From assembly GCF_000143415.4 (NCBI RefSeq), contig NW_003314344.1, positions 683,737-747,736 of the forward strand: a stretch of DNA of 64,000 nucleotides, given 5' to 3'. This DNA is from Selaginella moellendorffii (lineage: Eukaryota > Plantae > Lycopodiophyta). The notes beneath the pieces were generated by a model. The model did no database searches. It saw only the letters and a program-made list of their open reading frames with translations, and was not told where the DNA came from. Below are positions 1-12,221 of the stretch, one piece after another. Numbering within the stretch: position 1 is the first letter of the stretch; every line of letters starts with the position of its first letter. A program made the position numbers and the translations under genes.

Positions 1-3000
1 TTTTGGGGTTTTTTTTGAGGGCTTATGGGGTACGGGGGCTCCCCGGGGGCTGGGAAGTTCTGGGGGGTGGGGGTACTTGGCCTTCTGAATTTTAGTAGGT
101 GGGGGGGGGTGTTGTACCTTCGGTTTGTTGAGGCTTGTTTGCGGCCAGGTCGATGAACCAGCTGAAGGACGTAATGGGTAGCATGTTAGATGAATCTACT
201 ACAGAGGCTACTGGGGGCATGGTAGCTGCTCCTATTGCTCCTCAGGCTGGTGGTGCAGGGGGAGCTCGTGTGGTGAGTCGATTATGCATGCATGATTCTC
301 ACACCATCTTGAATGATTGTGTTCGGGACACGATTATCCAAGCTCAAGAACGGACAGTCAGTAAAATGTTACAGGAAATGGTGTGGAATGGCCCTCATCG
401 ATTTCTAGTTCCTTTGTGCCAATTGGTTCAAAGCCATTGAGTGCGCTCAGCTTACGACCTCAACATGGCTATCTACAGCTCCTTTGCTGAGGTTAGGTTT
501 GGGAGCACAGCTGGTATCTTCATCGTTTCACCAACTTTCCCTGGAACCGGCCAGACAGAGTTAGTGACTACTGAACTTGAGGAAACATGGGATCCTATAT
601 GGCTGCGAAAGTCTTGTGAGTTTGATGGATTCTTAGGACAACATGTGGAGACAGCAGGGTTCATTGGAAAGCTCTTTTGGGTGATCGATGGAAACCATAG
701 GTGGTTGGCATTTTGGAAGTGCATTCAAGAGAAGTTCCGAGATGACGAAGAACGACACATTAGTGTTCCAGTCACACTTGTCGAACCAATGACTCGGGAG
801 CACACTGTGAAGCTCAACATGGCATGCCATAAGATCAATATGTGAAAATTTATTTTTTGTAAACTTAGCTAATATCGTGTTTTTGCAGGCTAAACCAATT
901 TGCGTTTCAAACTCATACATTGGTACATGACATTGAGCACCTTCGGTTTATTGGCATGCTCTCGCTAGAGGAGGTCCAAACGTTGTACAATCGTGAGGTA
1001 TTTGAAGCAATTCGAGTGAAGCTAGTAGCTAGGAAAGGCCAAGAATTGCAAACTTGGTACCAACTACCACTTGATTTTCTAGTTGCTGTTTGGGCGAAGG
1101 TAAATTAGTATTAAAGTATGTATCAACTTACATAATGTTTCTTGCAGCCCATAATCAAAAGAGAAAGAGCGTCATTCTTTAAAAATGCCCGAGGAGACGA
1201 GCAGCAGAAGGAGATGGAGTGGCATGCGATTGAGCAGCGAATTTTGAATACGAAGAGAACAAAGGTGAAAAAGTTGCTCTCGATTGCAGACATATGACGC
1301 AGGCAGGAATGGCTTGATAGCATTGCCGAGATTTGTTCTCGCGTTCGTAAGTTCTTATAAAATTTGTGAAACATTTCATAATTCCTTGTGTGTGTAGGAA
1401 CTGGTAAAGCACCGGAGGAACTCATTTACAACATCTCGAAGAGTAAAATGTCCTTTGCTGAACAAAGTGTCTACTTGGAACTTCTCAACACTTGGCTGTG
1501 AAACAACAAAAAACGTTGCGAGATAAGGATGGAGAAGGTGATGAAGGAGAAGGCATACATTTCTTAGAGTATTGCTGCTGGTGAGGAGATGCTATAAGTC
1601 TGGGATGAGAAGTTTCTTTCCAGCACCCGCACAAGTATCACTCTCAAAGAATATATTCATGCTTGTCTTGTGGAGCTAGGGAATGGTTGGCTTCCATGTG
1701 GTGGGACGAGTTCGGCTGAGTTCAAGAACCAACCAGGACAACCATTTCTTGCGAGGCGCATGGTTTACAGGTATTTTTTCAATTCTCATTTATATATTGG
1801 TATTTATATTTTTGTTTTACTTTGTAGATATTTAAAATATTGCCCCGGCGCACCGGTATACACAACCGGTGTTTTGCAGAAGCTCCTGACTAGAGGCAAG
1901 AAGCTTGGGATGTATGAGCCAGAGTTCTACTGTCCTTGTACACATGAGAGGGAGCTATGCCTATGGTACCTTGAACTCGTGGAGCAGATGCCAACATCGG
2001 ACTTCGAGCTAGATCTCTACTTTGAATGTCATCCAGGTTCACTTGAAACTCAACACTTAGCTAGGAAATATTAACCTTGAGTTATATTCTTATTTTCCAG
2101 AGGCTCTTTCTAACTATGATAATGACATTGTTGAAGTTCAACAACTAAACCTAGGAGTCAGCACTCAGGAAACCATTCAGGAGATGCCAAATCCAAATAC
2201 CATTGAAGTAGAGGAAACTATACAGGAAATTCCTGCACAAGAGATTCCAGTACCTGCTCCTCACAACCCCCGAAGGGGCCATCATAAAGCCTTTCATGAG
2301 AGTAAGGACTTTGATTTGGAACATTCCTTTATTCATTCTTGACTTCACTTTTTTTTTTATAGATGTTGCAGAGAGCAGCCATCAGTCTTTTCGGCGGACT
2401 AAGACATTCTTCCCATCCCTCCCTACGGCTACAGATGACGACCTAGAAGAGCTCTCCTCTGCAGCAATGCATAAACAGGTTAGTAAGCATGAATTTTATC
2501 TCCAACTTTTAGTTCTAATAATTGATTTTCAAGTTCGCCCTCTATCCCTAACGGCCAGTGTTGGGGAAGTTGCTATTCTCATTGGGGATTACACACAGCT
2601 TTTAGATGTTACTAGGCGGGAGCTCTACATGCTTGATCGGTGGATCTATGGTTTGGGTCAGCTCACACCTTATGGGAAGATTGATTTCATCTTTTTCGAT
2701 CTTTCCGATGGGATGCCACCACTGCAAGGGGATACTCCGTCATGGAATGTGTTGCAGGCCCAACACATTTCCCAAGCCTTAAAGGTTGCGAGTAGCTTCA
2801 TGGCATACGAGGGTGTGGTTGTCACGCTCTCTAATGTGGGAAGGCCTTCTCGCACATTTAGCTGACAATGATAATGGATTTGTTGAGTTTTCATATGGTT
2901 GCCTTCTTTCGAGTATGGCGGTGGACACAAAAGGCACTAGTAGGCAGACGCAAAAGGTGTGTGACTTCTTTATTTATAAATTAACTCTATTCTACTTTTT

Positions 3001-3885
3001 TTTCAAGATTTATTCCTGGAACTACCATGCTCTATGCCACATTGGGAACCGGCATAATGCCACAGGAGCTGAGAGCGTGCTGCTCTTGCTTTACCAGGAT
3101 ATGACAGCTCTACAGACATCATCTTAAATGTGATTGACTCAGACGTTCTTCACCCAGCGTTCTTTGGTTATCGACATTGTTCAGTCACGGCCATGCAAAT
3201 CTTGTTGGAGTTATTCTGTCCGCCAAAGGGGATTGTGCTTGATACTACAGCAGGATTTAGATCAATGGTGCAGGCAGCAAAAGAGATAGGCCGAGCGGTT
3301 TTTGCACTTGAGAAGGAGGGTGCCTTTGGGGACATTCTTAGGAGATTTTGCGACATGTGATGTTAGTGCTTGAAATAATCTATAATATTTATTCTCAAAT
3401 GTTTCTATTTTATTAGGTCTACACTTATCACACACAATGTTTCAGTCCACACACTTGATTTTGATGATCTTGATGATATGGATGATCATATGGACCGAAG
3501 TCAATTCCACTTACCTATTTATGCTGAACGTATGGCACAACATTACATACAACACGAGCCTATAGTGAAGGAGCATTCCACTATACCCATTTCTACTTTT
3601 CTGGATATGGAAGCAGAAGAAGATTGAATATATTCTGATTTTAATATAAATTATATTGTTTAATATATTATTTTCTTTTTTTTAGACTAAAAGATTAGTT
3701 CATGTTGAACCAATAATCTATATGAACTTATAGAATACTTTAAACACCTAGATTTTATGTTAAAAATTCTTGGTTTGGGACGAACTAAGGTAGTGCTATT
3801 AAACTTTCGCTAGTTAGGGGATTGTATTGACTTCCTTTGACTTTCGTTGACTTTCATTGACTTGAGCTCAGCTCAAAAACTACCC
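1..3885 (+). mobile_element. Partial Mutator-like element (copy A): methyltransferase-side arm with terminal inverted repeat; the rest lies upstream of the window
   Basis: The end 3828-3885 (...ttgactttcattgacttgagctcagctcaaaaactaccc) is nearly identical to the right terminus of the 22847-32027 element. It carries a close homologue of that element's ParB-MTase gene. Confidence 0.8.
174..3627 (+). pseudogene. Multi-exon ParB/Srx-like + beta-class amino-DNA-methyltransferase-like fusion gene, copy A (in-frame stops)
   Basis: WVIDGNHRW (DGNHR at 687-701); GEVAILIGDYTQLL; IDFIFFDLSDG (~2698); LELFCPPKGIVLDTTAGFRSMVQAAKEIGRAVFALEKE (~3205-3320). Short GT-AG introns. Stops at e.g. 438-440 and ~1295. 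Colinear with the genes at 13211-17615 and 27005-31686. Confidence 0.8.
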
Positions 3886-4039
3886 AGCCCCCCATCATCA
3901 AATCATCAGGCGCTCCGTCAGGCCATGCCACTGCCACCTAATTATCCAACTGCTCTGGCAGTTACAAAGCTTCATGTTCCCAGCAACCCAACTTCACATC
4001 CAACATTGACTTGCAACATCGATCCTGTTCTTCCTCCCG

Positions 4040-4801
4040 TTGACGTTCCGTCACAGGTTTCTGCCGGCATGCCTCAGGACGTCTTCAATACTGGTTTTTC
4101 CAACGCTCCCAACACCAACAAGCGCAAAGATCACGCAGATGACTACATTCCCCCATTTTTCGAAGATCAATATGCACGACGACTATCCGCTCAATTACTA
4201 CCGGACGCGGATGGCCGATTATCAGGCGGAGGCATATCATGCCAGCGGACGCTGTACCGTTCGAATTATGCAACAACTCCTGGCAGAGAAGCTTCCTCGT
4301 CCGCCTACAGCTCCCGAGCTTGCACGCGCCCTCACGGAGGACAATGCAATGGCAGGATCGCGCAGAGCATTCAATGTGGAGTTCATCCAGCTGCAGAGGG
4401 AGATCCTGGAAAACATTCAGGCAGAACTTCACCAGCTCAAGACTTTGGTCCGCACTCCAGCTCCCACATCTCGCGTTGAATCCATCACTGAGAATCGCAT
4501 GCTTCGCGAACGCAACATCCAGCTCGCCAAGGACAACACAGTTTTAAATGAGGAGCTACATGTTTGCAAAATCGACATCGAGCAAAAGAATGAACGCATT
4601 GACGAGCTCAAGCAACTTCTTGATCAGCAGCAGGAAGCTCATGTTCATGATTTGCATAAACTTCAACGCCTACTCAAGGAGCGCAATGACCATGACAAGA
4701 GCTGCCCGCTATTTCTCCGTCAGGCAGAGACACCACAGCAGATGGAAACAGACCTTGTGTCGGAGACGGGAGCTCAGGCAGCAGCCGGGACGGCTGTTTG
4801 A
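4040..4801 (+). CDS. Hypothetical coiled-coil protein, probably a transposon accessory ORF; 5' end uncertain
   Basis: 253-aa ORF with heptad-like segments (LQREILENIQAELHQLK; LNEELHVCKIDIEQKNERIDELKQLL). No recognisable domain. Confidence 0.35.
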   Translation: MTFRHRFLPACLRTSSILVFPTLPTPTSAKITQMTTFPHFSKINMHDDYPLNYYRTRMADYQAEAYHASGRCTVRIMQQLLAEKLPRPPTAPELARALTEDNAMAGSRRAFNVEFIQLQREILENIQAELHQLKTLVRTPAPTSRVESITENRMLRERNIQLAKDNTVLNEELHVCKIDIEQKNERIDELKQLLDQQQEAHVHDLHKLQRLLKERNDHDKSCPLFLRQAETPQQMETDLVSETGAQAAAGTAV

Positions 4802-4919
4802 TTAGTCGTGGGAGGAGTGAAGACAGCATTTTAGGCACTCAGCAAAACAGGTATCAGGCAGACTTCCGCCTAATGCCTTACTGAAGGCAGCATTAAAAAG
4901 GCAAAGTCAGGCTTTTGGC

Positions 4920-6700
4920 AATTGAAATACACGCAAACATGGTGTTCTGTGTTCAGGTGCCTTACTCAGGCTGTCAATGGGGAGGGAACCTCATCAATTG
5001 GTTTTGATGGCCAGCTCATCTGTTTCACTGCATGGAGGAATATCTACGATCTATGCCAGCCCACATTTTATAGATATCTTTATTGGCAGGGGATTGCATT
5101 TTGTTCTCACGGAAACAAGGTGATGAAAAAAGACAGAGGGCATGTCCTTGCCGCAGAGTCTGCATTGAGGTTAGTTATGGAATCTACTGCTGACAGAATA
5201 CCACACAAAACAAGGATAACATCTGAGGGAATTCAGGAGGCACAGAAGATACTTCCTGCTTGATTTACACAAGTTTCACTACACAAAGAAGTAACAAAAT
5301 TGACTGACAACATTGGTGTGAAACCTATTTCACATTCTAACAAAATATGGAACAAATAATTCAAGGAGGTTAGAATTGTTAAGAAATCCGATTTTTCAAA
5401 ATGCAACATTTGTCTCGAATTAAAAGAACAAATGGCTGCATCAGACCAAAAACATTTTTAAGGTTTATTTAAGAAACATCAAATTGAACAACGCAAATAT
5501 AGAACACAGTATTATGGAAACAAAATGCTGGCATGTCACCTTCGAAATACTTATTCATCATTCACGATGTCATGGATTACGCAAAAACTTATGTTCCAAG
5601 GCTCATGCATGTTCCAAAATGCAGTTCCAACTCGATGGTTCTTCATATCAATTTGCTTGGAGTCCTGACTCATGGACATGGCGATGAAAGCTACGGTCAT
5701 TTTTGTCTTCCACATTGGCCGAAAGATCCGAATCTTACAGTTGCATTCCTTGCAAGAGTATTTCACAATTTGGAGGAATAAAAAAACGGTTACACTGGTG
5801 ATTTAAGAGTAAAAAGAAATGATCAGCAGTCACTTCATGAAGCACTGATGGATACAACATCTGTATTACACGATGTATATTTGGATCAAGCCTCTGTCTA
5901 AGATACAACAGAGTTCACTCCATTACCAAGGAATTTACTTTTGCAAATGGACAACTGTGTGTCAGAAAACAAAAACAGGTTAACATTTCCGTATTTAGTT
6001 GTTTATTCAAATTTACCCATTGCATTTTGATTTCAGATCTATCTTTAGTTACTAGTTGCCAAATGAGTTTTCAAAACAATAACTTTCAATTTTCTAATGG
6101 TTGGAGACACACATGAGGGTATTGATGCGATGTTCAATAAGGTCTCAGAGAAACTTGAACACAAGAATTTGTACACTTTCCTTCATATGCTACATGTNNN
6201 NNNNNNNNNNNNNNNNNNNNNNNNNNNNNNNNNNNNNNNNNNNNNNNNNNNNNNNNNNNNNNNNNNNNNNNNNNNNNNNNNNNNNNNNNNNNNNNNNATT
6301 TCAAAGAATATGGGTTGAAAGACAATGCTTAGGGACACACTGAATCATTACATTTCTTATTCTCCATGAGAGATGATGTCCCTATAATGTAGTTTAAGAT
6401 GCGAACAATGGTTTCCTATCGAGGGGATTCAGTTGTTCTTTCGAGACGAGAATAACAACCCTAAAATTTCAACAGGAGATCCAAAACTGGTACCACTGAA
6501 ACAGTTTGATAACATTTCATTCGTTACGGAGGGGATAAAATCATATACCAAGTTTTTAGGGTATGAGAAACAGAAATTCTGGATATAAAAATAAATATGC
6601 TCCAGTTCTTCAGTACTGGGACAAAATCATCAATGAGTTCAAATATCCTATTCAAGAACAAGAACTTTCATAATTCTAACAAAAATTATGGTGGAGAAAC
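4920..6700 (+). pseudogene. Degenerate Sola-like (DUF7869-type) DDE transposase
   Basis: Motifs read across frames: FSKCNIC (~5395), LLLQMDNCVSENKN (~5935-5975), FLMVGDTHEGIDAMF (~6090-6135). Many stops; N-gap at 6198-6297. Confidence 0.6.
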
Positions 6701-7419
6701 AACCCAATATCTTTACTCTTCCAAACACTAAGAGATGATGATTCTAGTATTCCCAGGGATATATATATGTGAGAGATGCAAACAGGGATTCAGGCCTTGT
6801 TGAGTCTGGGTAGTCCGGCTCCTGACATGTCAGCGGGGGTACAATTGTTATTGTGCGTCCCATGATGAAGAAACCACTTACCCTATCTTGGTTGGACATG
6901 CTATATCAGACCCCGTTAAACACAACACTTTGAGTGAATGGATGGTGAACGTGAAATAATATAAACCAGCGAACAGGAATGCAATAGCAGTCTCATGCCT
7001 CACTGAAAAAGAAAGTTGAATCCAAGAGATCGATCCACTGTTTCCATCAGCAGTATTATTCATGGATTTTAAAAAAAAAGCATTGCATATTATTAACACT
7101 TCTGGAACATGCAATTGAATCAGCCACATGTCAATTAAAAAATTCAGAAACATGAATCAAAATCTGATAATTATATTACCAACTAGTGTTTATCTTAGTA
7201 TTGATTGTCATTGCAAACAAATAATTTGTTAGCTAAAGAACAATTAACACTAACTATATAATAATTAACACTAATATGCTAATTAATGCATGCTTAAGTT
7301 GACCAGATAATTAGAAATAGTTAATTAAATAATGGTTAATTAGTTAATCAGTGAAAATGAGAAAAATATTTTCTTATTTTAATTCGGAAGTTCATTAGGA
7401 CTTTATCTCAGAGTCCTTA

Positions 7420-8918
7420 CAAAACTCAGTCAAAGGGTGACAAGCGTGGTGATCAATATAAGGATCATCATGACGATCGTAGCCGTAGGAATTCCAAGGA
7501 CCAGAAGCTGGTGTCTCGCTTTGCAAACCAATACAAGAGAAATTTTTTCCAGGATAAGTCTCAGGCTTCACAGGAGAAAACAGGTTCTGGTTCAGCTCCT
7601 AAGTGCTATGATTGCGGTGAACGTGGACACTTTGTGCGGGATTGTCCAAATCCAGGTTCTCGTGATCATGGAGCTAAAGGTGAAGCTTCAGGTTCAAGGC
7701 TGAAGTCTGAAGTTCGTGTTGATCCTAACTCAGTCTGAACTGTTCAGAAGCGTTATCTGTCTCCAAGCCCGTCTTGGAAGCGTAAGGCACTTTCTGTCAT
7801 CGCTTGTGAGTTGAGTGTTACTTGGTGTCGTGTGTCCATGGCCAGGCGTCCTGGTCAAGTGATCGAGTTCGAGGCTCATGTGTCCGGTAAGCCTGTTCTG
7901 GTTCTACTTGATCCAGGTAGTAGTGACAACTTCATTTCACCGGCCAAGTATGTGAGGCAGCAAGGGATTGAGACGTCTCAATACAAGATTGAAGGGGCTG
8001 CAACAGCTTTACAGGAGTGGAATCAGCAGCTCTGTGTGGACATCAGTGACTCTTTGTGTGTCAAAAAGGACTTTTATCTTGCTGATCTTCATCGTTATGA
8101 TTTAATGCTTGGCTTGACTTTTAACCCGGATGTTAACTGGAAGACCAAGGAGGTGTTTCATCGTGAGAGTGGAACTCTGCTGCTTAAAGGTGAAGGGTGT
8201 ACTCCACCTATTCTTCAATTGTTAGAGGTTAAGCGGCAGATTGAAGAGCTTCTTGCACTTGGTTTTATTCAGCTGAGTAAGTCTCCTTATGGTGCACTGG
8301 TTTTGTTGGTTCGCAAGGACAGTTCTCTTTGCATGTGTATAGACTATCATGCTCTGAACAAACGGACGATAGCCAACCATTTTCCTATGCCTTGTGTGGA
8401 CGAGATAATGGATCGGTTGGGTGGTGTGAAGTACTTCACAAAGCTGGATTTGAGAGATGGGTACAACCAAATCAAGATGCAGGATTTTGATATTTCAAAG
8501 ACTGTGTTTAACACTCCTTTTTGGCCATTATGAGTTTATGGTTATGCCCTTTGGGTTAACCAATGCTCCAGCTACCTTCATGCAGTTGATGAACGAGTGG
8601 GAGTTTCGTGGTAGCTTTGTCGAAGTGTTCCTGAATGATATTCTCATCTATAGTCGAACTCTTGAGAAACATTGTGAACACTTGTGGAAGGTGTTACACA
8701 TTCTTTGTGACAACAAGCTCTATGCGAAGAAGTCGAAGTGTGAACTTGTTAAGGAACGTGTAGAGTACCTTGGCCATATTGTTTTTTCGCATGGCATTGA
8801 AGTGGATCTAAAGAAGGTGGATACCATTGTCAACTGGCCAGTCCCTGAGACTGTTAATCGGCTCTGGAGTTTCCTTGGCATGGCAAGTTACTACCGTAAG
8901 TTCATCCAGGAGTTTTAA
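7420..8918 (+). mobile_element. Ty3/Gypsy LTR-retrotransposon remnant (gag zinc knuckle, protease, RT), truncated and frameshifted
   Basis: CYDCGERGHFVRDC knuckle; LLDPGSSDNF protease; RT motifs MCIDYHALNK, YFTKLDLRDGY, MPFGLTNAPATF, VFLNDILIYS, SFLGMASYYRKFI. No RNaseH or integrase seen. Confidence 0.9.
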
Positions 8919-9269
8919 AGGAGGTTGTTGATCGGTACAAGCTTCATTGGCTGATCAGTTGGTTATTGCTTTTGTGTAGGCATTGTTGGATGATTCAAGC
9001 TGTTCTCGAACAAACGTTGCTAGTATGGGGAACTCATCTGGCTGGGTTGTGTTACTATAGTTTTAACTTGTAATGGTTAATAGGTAGTTACGGTTCCTTG
9101 GCCTCTAGACCCTGATAAGCTGACTGGCAATCAAGCTCGTCCTGAGGCTGTTTCGGATGGCATCCCTAACAGGTCTCACTGATTGCATCACTTTTGAAAC
9201 TTATCTTCTCATCATCCCTCAGAATGGTCCCTCAACCTCCCTCACTCCTTAAGAGTTATCAGTCCCTCA

Positions 9270-10110
9270 TTCGTTGGTTGATGTAGTCTCTTGAGTAAAG
9301 ACTCGTCAGTTCTTCGTTTGTCGGTTGATATAATCTCTTGAGAAAAGACTCGTGGGTCCTTGTTTTGCTAGTTGATGTAGTCTATTGAGCAAGGACTCGT
9401 TAGTCCCTCCTCTTCTGGTTGATATAACAAAGACTCGTTAGTCCTCGTCAGCTGCCAGTGGCTGAGGTGGTCTCTTGAGCAAAGACCCGGATGTCAGTCA
9501 CTTGTGCATGTTCGGATGCTGTCCCTTGTAGGCTATGTATAATACACTGTTAAATAGTCCCAACTAAGCTTGTCTAGTACCTTGTTGGATGTTGCAGATT
9601 AATCTTGTTTATTATTTTGATGGATGTTGCCGACTAAGCTTGTTTAGTACTTTGCTGGCTGGAAAATATTCCTTCACTAGCTAAGCTTACCTCGCTTGTT
9701 GGACCGGTGCTCGTTAGCTTGGTTAGTTCCTCGTTCCTCAACATAGTCTCATCAGACTAGCTTGGAGAAGTCCTTAGTCATTGCAGGATGTATCCCCTCA
9801 CTGGCTAGCTGGTTAAGTTTCTTATTCGCTGCAGGATGTGTTCCCCCGCTCACTAGCTGGCTGGTTTGCTGCAAGACTTGTTCTCTCGCTCGCTAGCTAG
9901 GCTAAGTCCCTTGTTTTGTTCGCTTGCTAGCTATCTGGGTTAAGTCACTTGTTCGTTGCAGGAGGTGTTCCCTCACTCACTAGCTGGGCTAAGTTCCTTG
10001 ATTGCTGCAGGAGGTGTTTGCTCGCCTGCTAGCTGTGCTAAATTCCAAGTTCGTTGCAGGATGTATGCCCTTCCCTGCTAGCTGGGTAACTGGGTTAGAC
10101 CCTTGTTTGC
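9270..10110. repeat. Degenerate tandem repeats in the non-coding region of the Gypsy remnant
   Basis: ~50-bp units (ttgatgtagtctcttgagyaaagactcg..) at 9275-9490, and ~45-bp units (ttgcaggaygtgttccc..cactagctgg) at 9780-10110. Confidence 0.6.
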
Positions 10111-10721
10111 TGAATGTTGGTGTTTCTTTCCCACTAAGTATGGAGAGATCCTCGCTGACTCCTTATACTGAACAGGCAGAGTGCCTGAGCAACCAATCCC
10201 CTTAGGTTGTTCAGCAAACACAAAAGTGTTGGCAGCAGTTCACGTATCTAGTATTCACTGATGGGTAACACATAGTGATGTACCTCCAGTATCTTGTTCT
10301 TCTGCCTATATTGGGGATGGTCCAAAGTTGAGTTGAGCTCATGAGTTGAGCTCAATTCAGCTCAAGTCAATGCTAGTCAACATAGTCAACCATAAGTTTT
10401 ATAAGGAAATATTAAGTCAGAAAAATGTTATTCTTTGGTGAACTTGAAATTTATGAGTTTAAGTATCAATGGTTCAGAGAGATTTTTATTTTTTGAATCT
10501 TTCTAATGCAGTTTATACAATTTCTAGAATTAGAAGTTCGTCTGAACCCATAGAATTTTTTGGGCTTTATTGGTCCCAAATAAAATGGGAATATTGAAGT
10601 TCGAATGAACCAGAAAATTTCTATTGTCCATTTCAACATTTTAACATTTCAACAATTGACCAGAAATATATAAATAATTCGAAACACTGATTCACTCGTT
10701 CATTCTTTAGGGTTTACAGAG

Positions 10722-10967
10722 ATGGGAAGCAAGGAAGACAAAAAATCTGTAAGTAGTTCTAGCATACAGAAATGTGAGAATGTGAATTTTGTTTCACTAC
10801 CACAATCTCCATATTACACGCCTGGTCCTTATTACCCATCCGGGAATGTGGAGACCACTGTCACTATTGATAAAAATGCTCCTGTTACTTCCGAAACAAC
10901 AATCCAGAGCAAGAGAAAAGAAGAAATGGACAGCACAGCGGAAAGCACTAATAAATCCACTCTATAA
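10722..10967 (+). CDS. Small hypothetical ORF (81 aa) inside element B
   Basis: ATG start downstream of a TATA-like sequence (tatataaat ~10667) and a ttagggttt telo-box-like motif. No domain recognised. Confidence 0.3.
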   Translation: MGSKEDKKSVSSSSIQKCENVNFVSLPQSPYYTPGPYYPSGNVETTVTIDKNAPVTSETTIQSKRKEEMDSTAESTNKSTL

Positions 10968-11408
10968 ACCTTTCAATGGCTTTTGTAATCCACTAAAATA
11001 TTATAAAAAAATGTAAGTTTTTTATATATATCTTATTCCTTTTGATATGTTTTGTCTTTGCAAAGATATATGATGTAGACAAATCAAAGAATTAAATCTA
11101 TATATGACTTTGGGATTGAAAGGTAATCTTGTAAAAAGGCATACTCGCGTGCTTGTGTATATTCGCTATTATTATATATGGCAGGCCAACTATATAAAAT
11201 AAGGCTACATATTAATTATATGCTAGTTTTTAGCTTCTGAAACCCTATAGCCACTTGTTTCTCATAGTAGGTTGTAATTACTAAGACTGACAATTATCAT
11301 TCACTATAGTGTCATGTCATAATAAAACATCATTCCCGAGATTGAAATATAGTATATTAATGAGAGAATTTTTATTGCTAGGAAGTTTAATTCTTCTTGT
11401 GTGTTGCA

Positions 11409-11963
11409 ATGGTTAGGAAGAAGTTTACTTTTGGTCCCGAAGGCCTCTCATATGAGTCTCCACCTCCATCTCCAATCTCAACCAATAATCCACCTTCACC
11501 TCTACGCAACAATCCTCCTTTTCATTTTGAGGGCTGTTGTGAGGCTTTTCCATTTGCGACCTCGAGTGCAACTGAACAAAAACTTCTTCCTTATGATGTT
11601 GATAAAAAAGTTAGATTGCCTCCAATGCTTCAAGAGCGATGTCAATATTTTCTTCAAGATCTTGCTCCTGATATGGCAGGGGAGCTTAATGTAGATACAT
11701 ATTATCTTCAGTGTCCTATATGCAACTTTTATTTAAACAAGACAGATGGTTGCATGGGTTTGGTAAATTTTATTGAGCATTGTCGCAAATGCCCAAGAGC
11801 GGGTTTGGAAGGTGTGCACGCGTGGATGTATAAGAAAATCAAGAAAGAATTAAAAACACACAGCTATTATGATTTCATGGTGGAGAACAATATTCCATTG
11901 GTGAACACTGCATCAGTAAGTGCTGAATATGGGATATTTAGGCCACCCTTTAATGTAATGTGA
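11409..11963 (+). CDS. Small zinc-finger protein (zf-XS/SGS3-like CxxC..H..H), paralogue 1
   Basis: LQCPICNFYLNKTDGCMGLVNFIEHCRKCPRAGLEGVHAWMYKKIKKEL. Intact ORF, strongly similar to 12222-12770. Confidence 0.7.
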   Translation: MVRKKFTFGPEGLSYESPPPSPISTNNPPSPLRNNPPFHFEGCCEAFPFATSSATEQKLLPYDVDKKVRLPPMLQERCQYFLQDLAPDMAGELNVDTYYLQCPICNFYLNKTDGCMGLVNFIEHCRKCPRAGLEGVHAWMYKKIKKELKTHSYYDFMVENNIPLVNTASVSAEYGIFRPPFNVM

Positions 11964-12221
11964 AAGTCATGCATAATTTTTTCAAAAGGTTAATTCTTTA
12001 TGAGTAAAGTGGAGAATCTTATATTTTCGAGAATGATATTATTCTAGCATGTATAAAGATATTATTATATATACAAGTGGTTCTGACACTGTTATAATTC
12101 TGAAGTCCCATTTTTGAGACTGACAATTTAAACTTTCAAGAACCCCTAGATCTTTTCTTAGTATAAATACCAACAAGGGATGCTTTCAACATTGAAATTT
12201 CAGTTTGTTTAGAGTGTAGGA

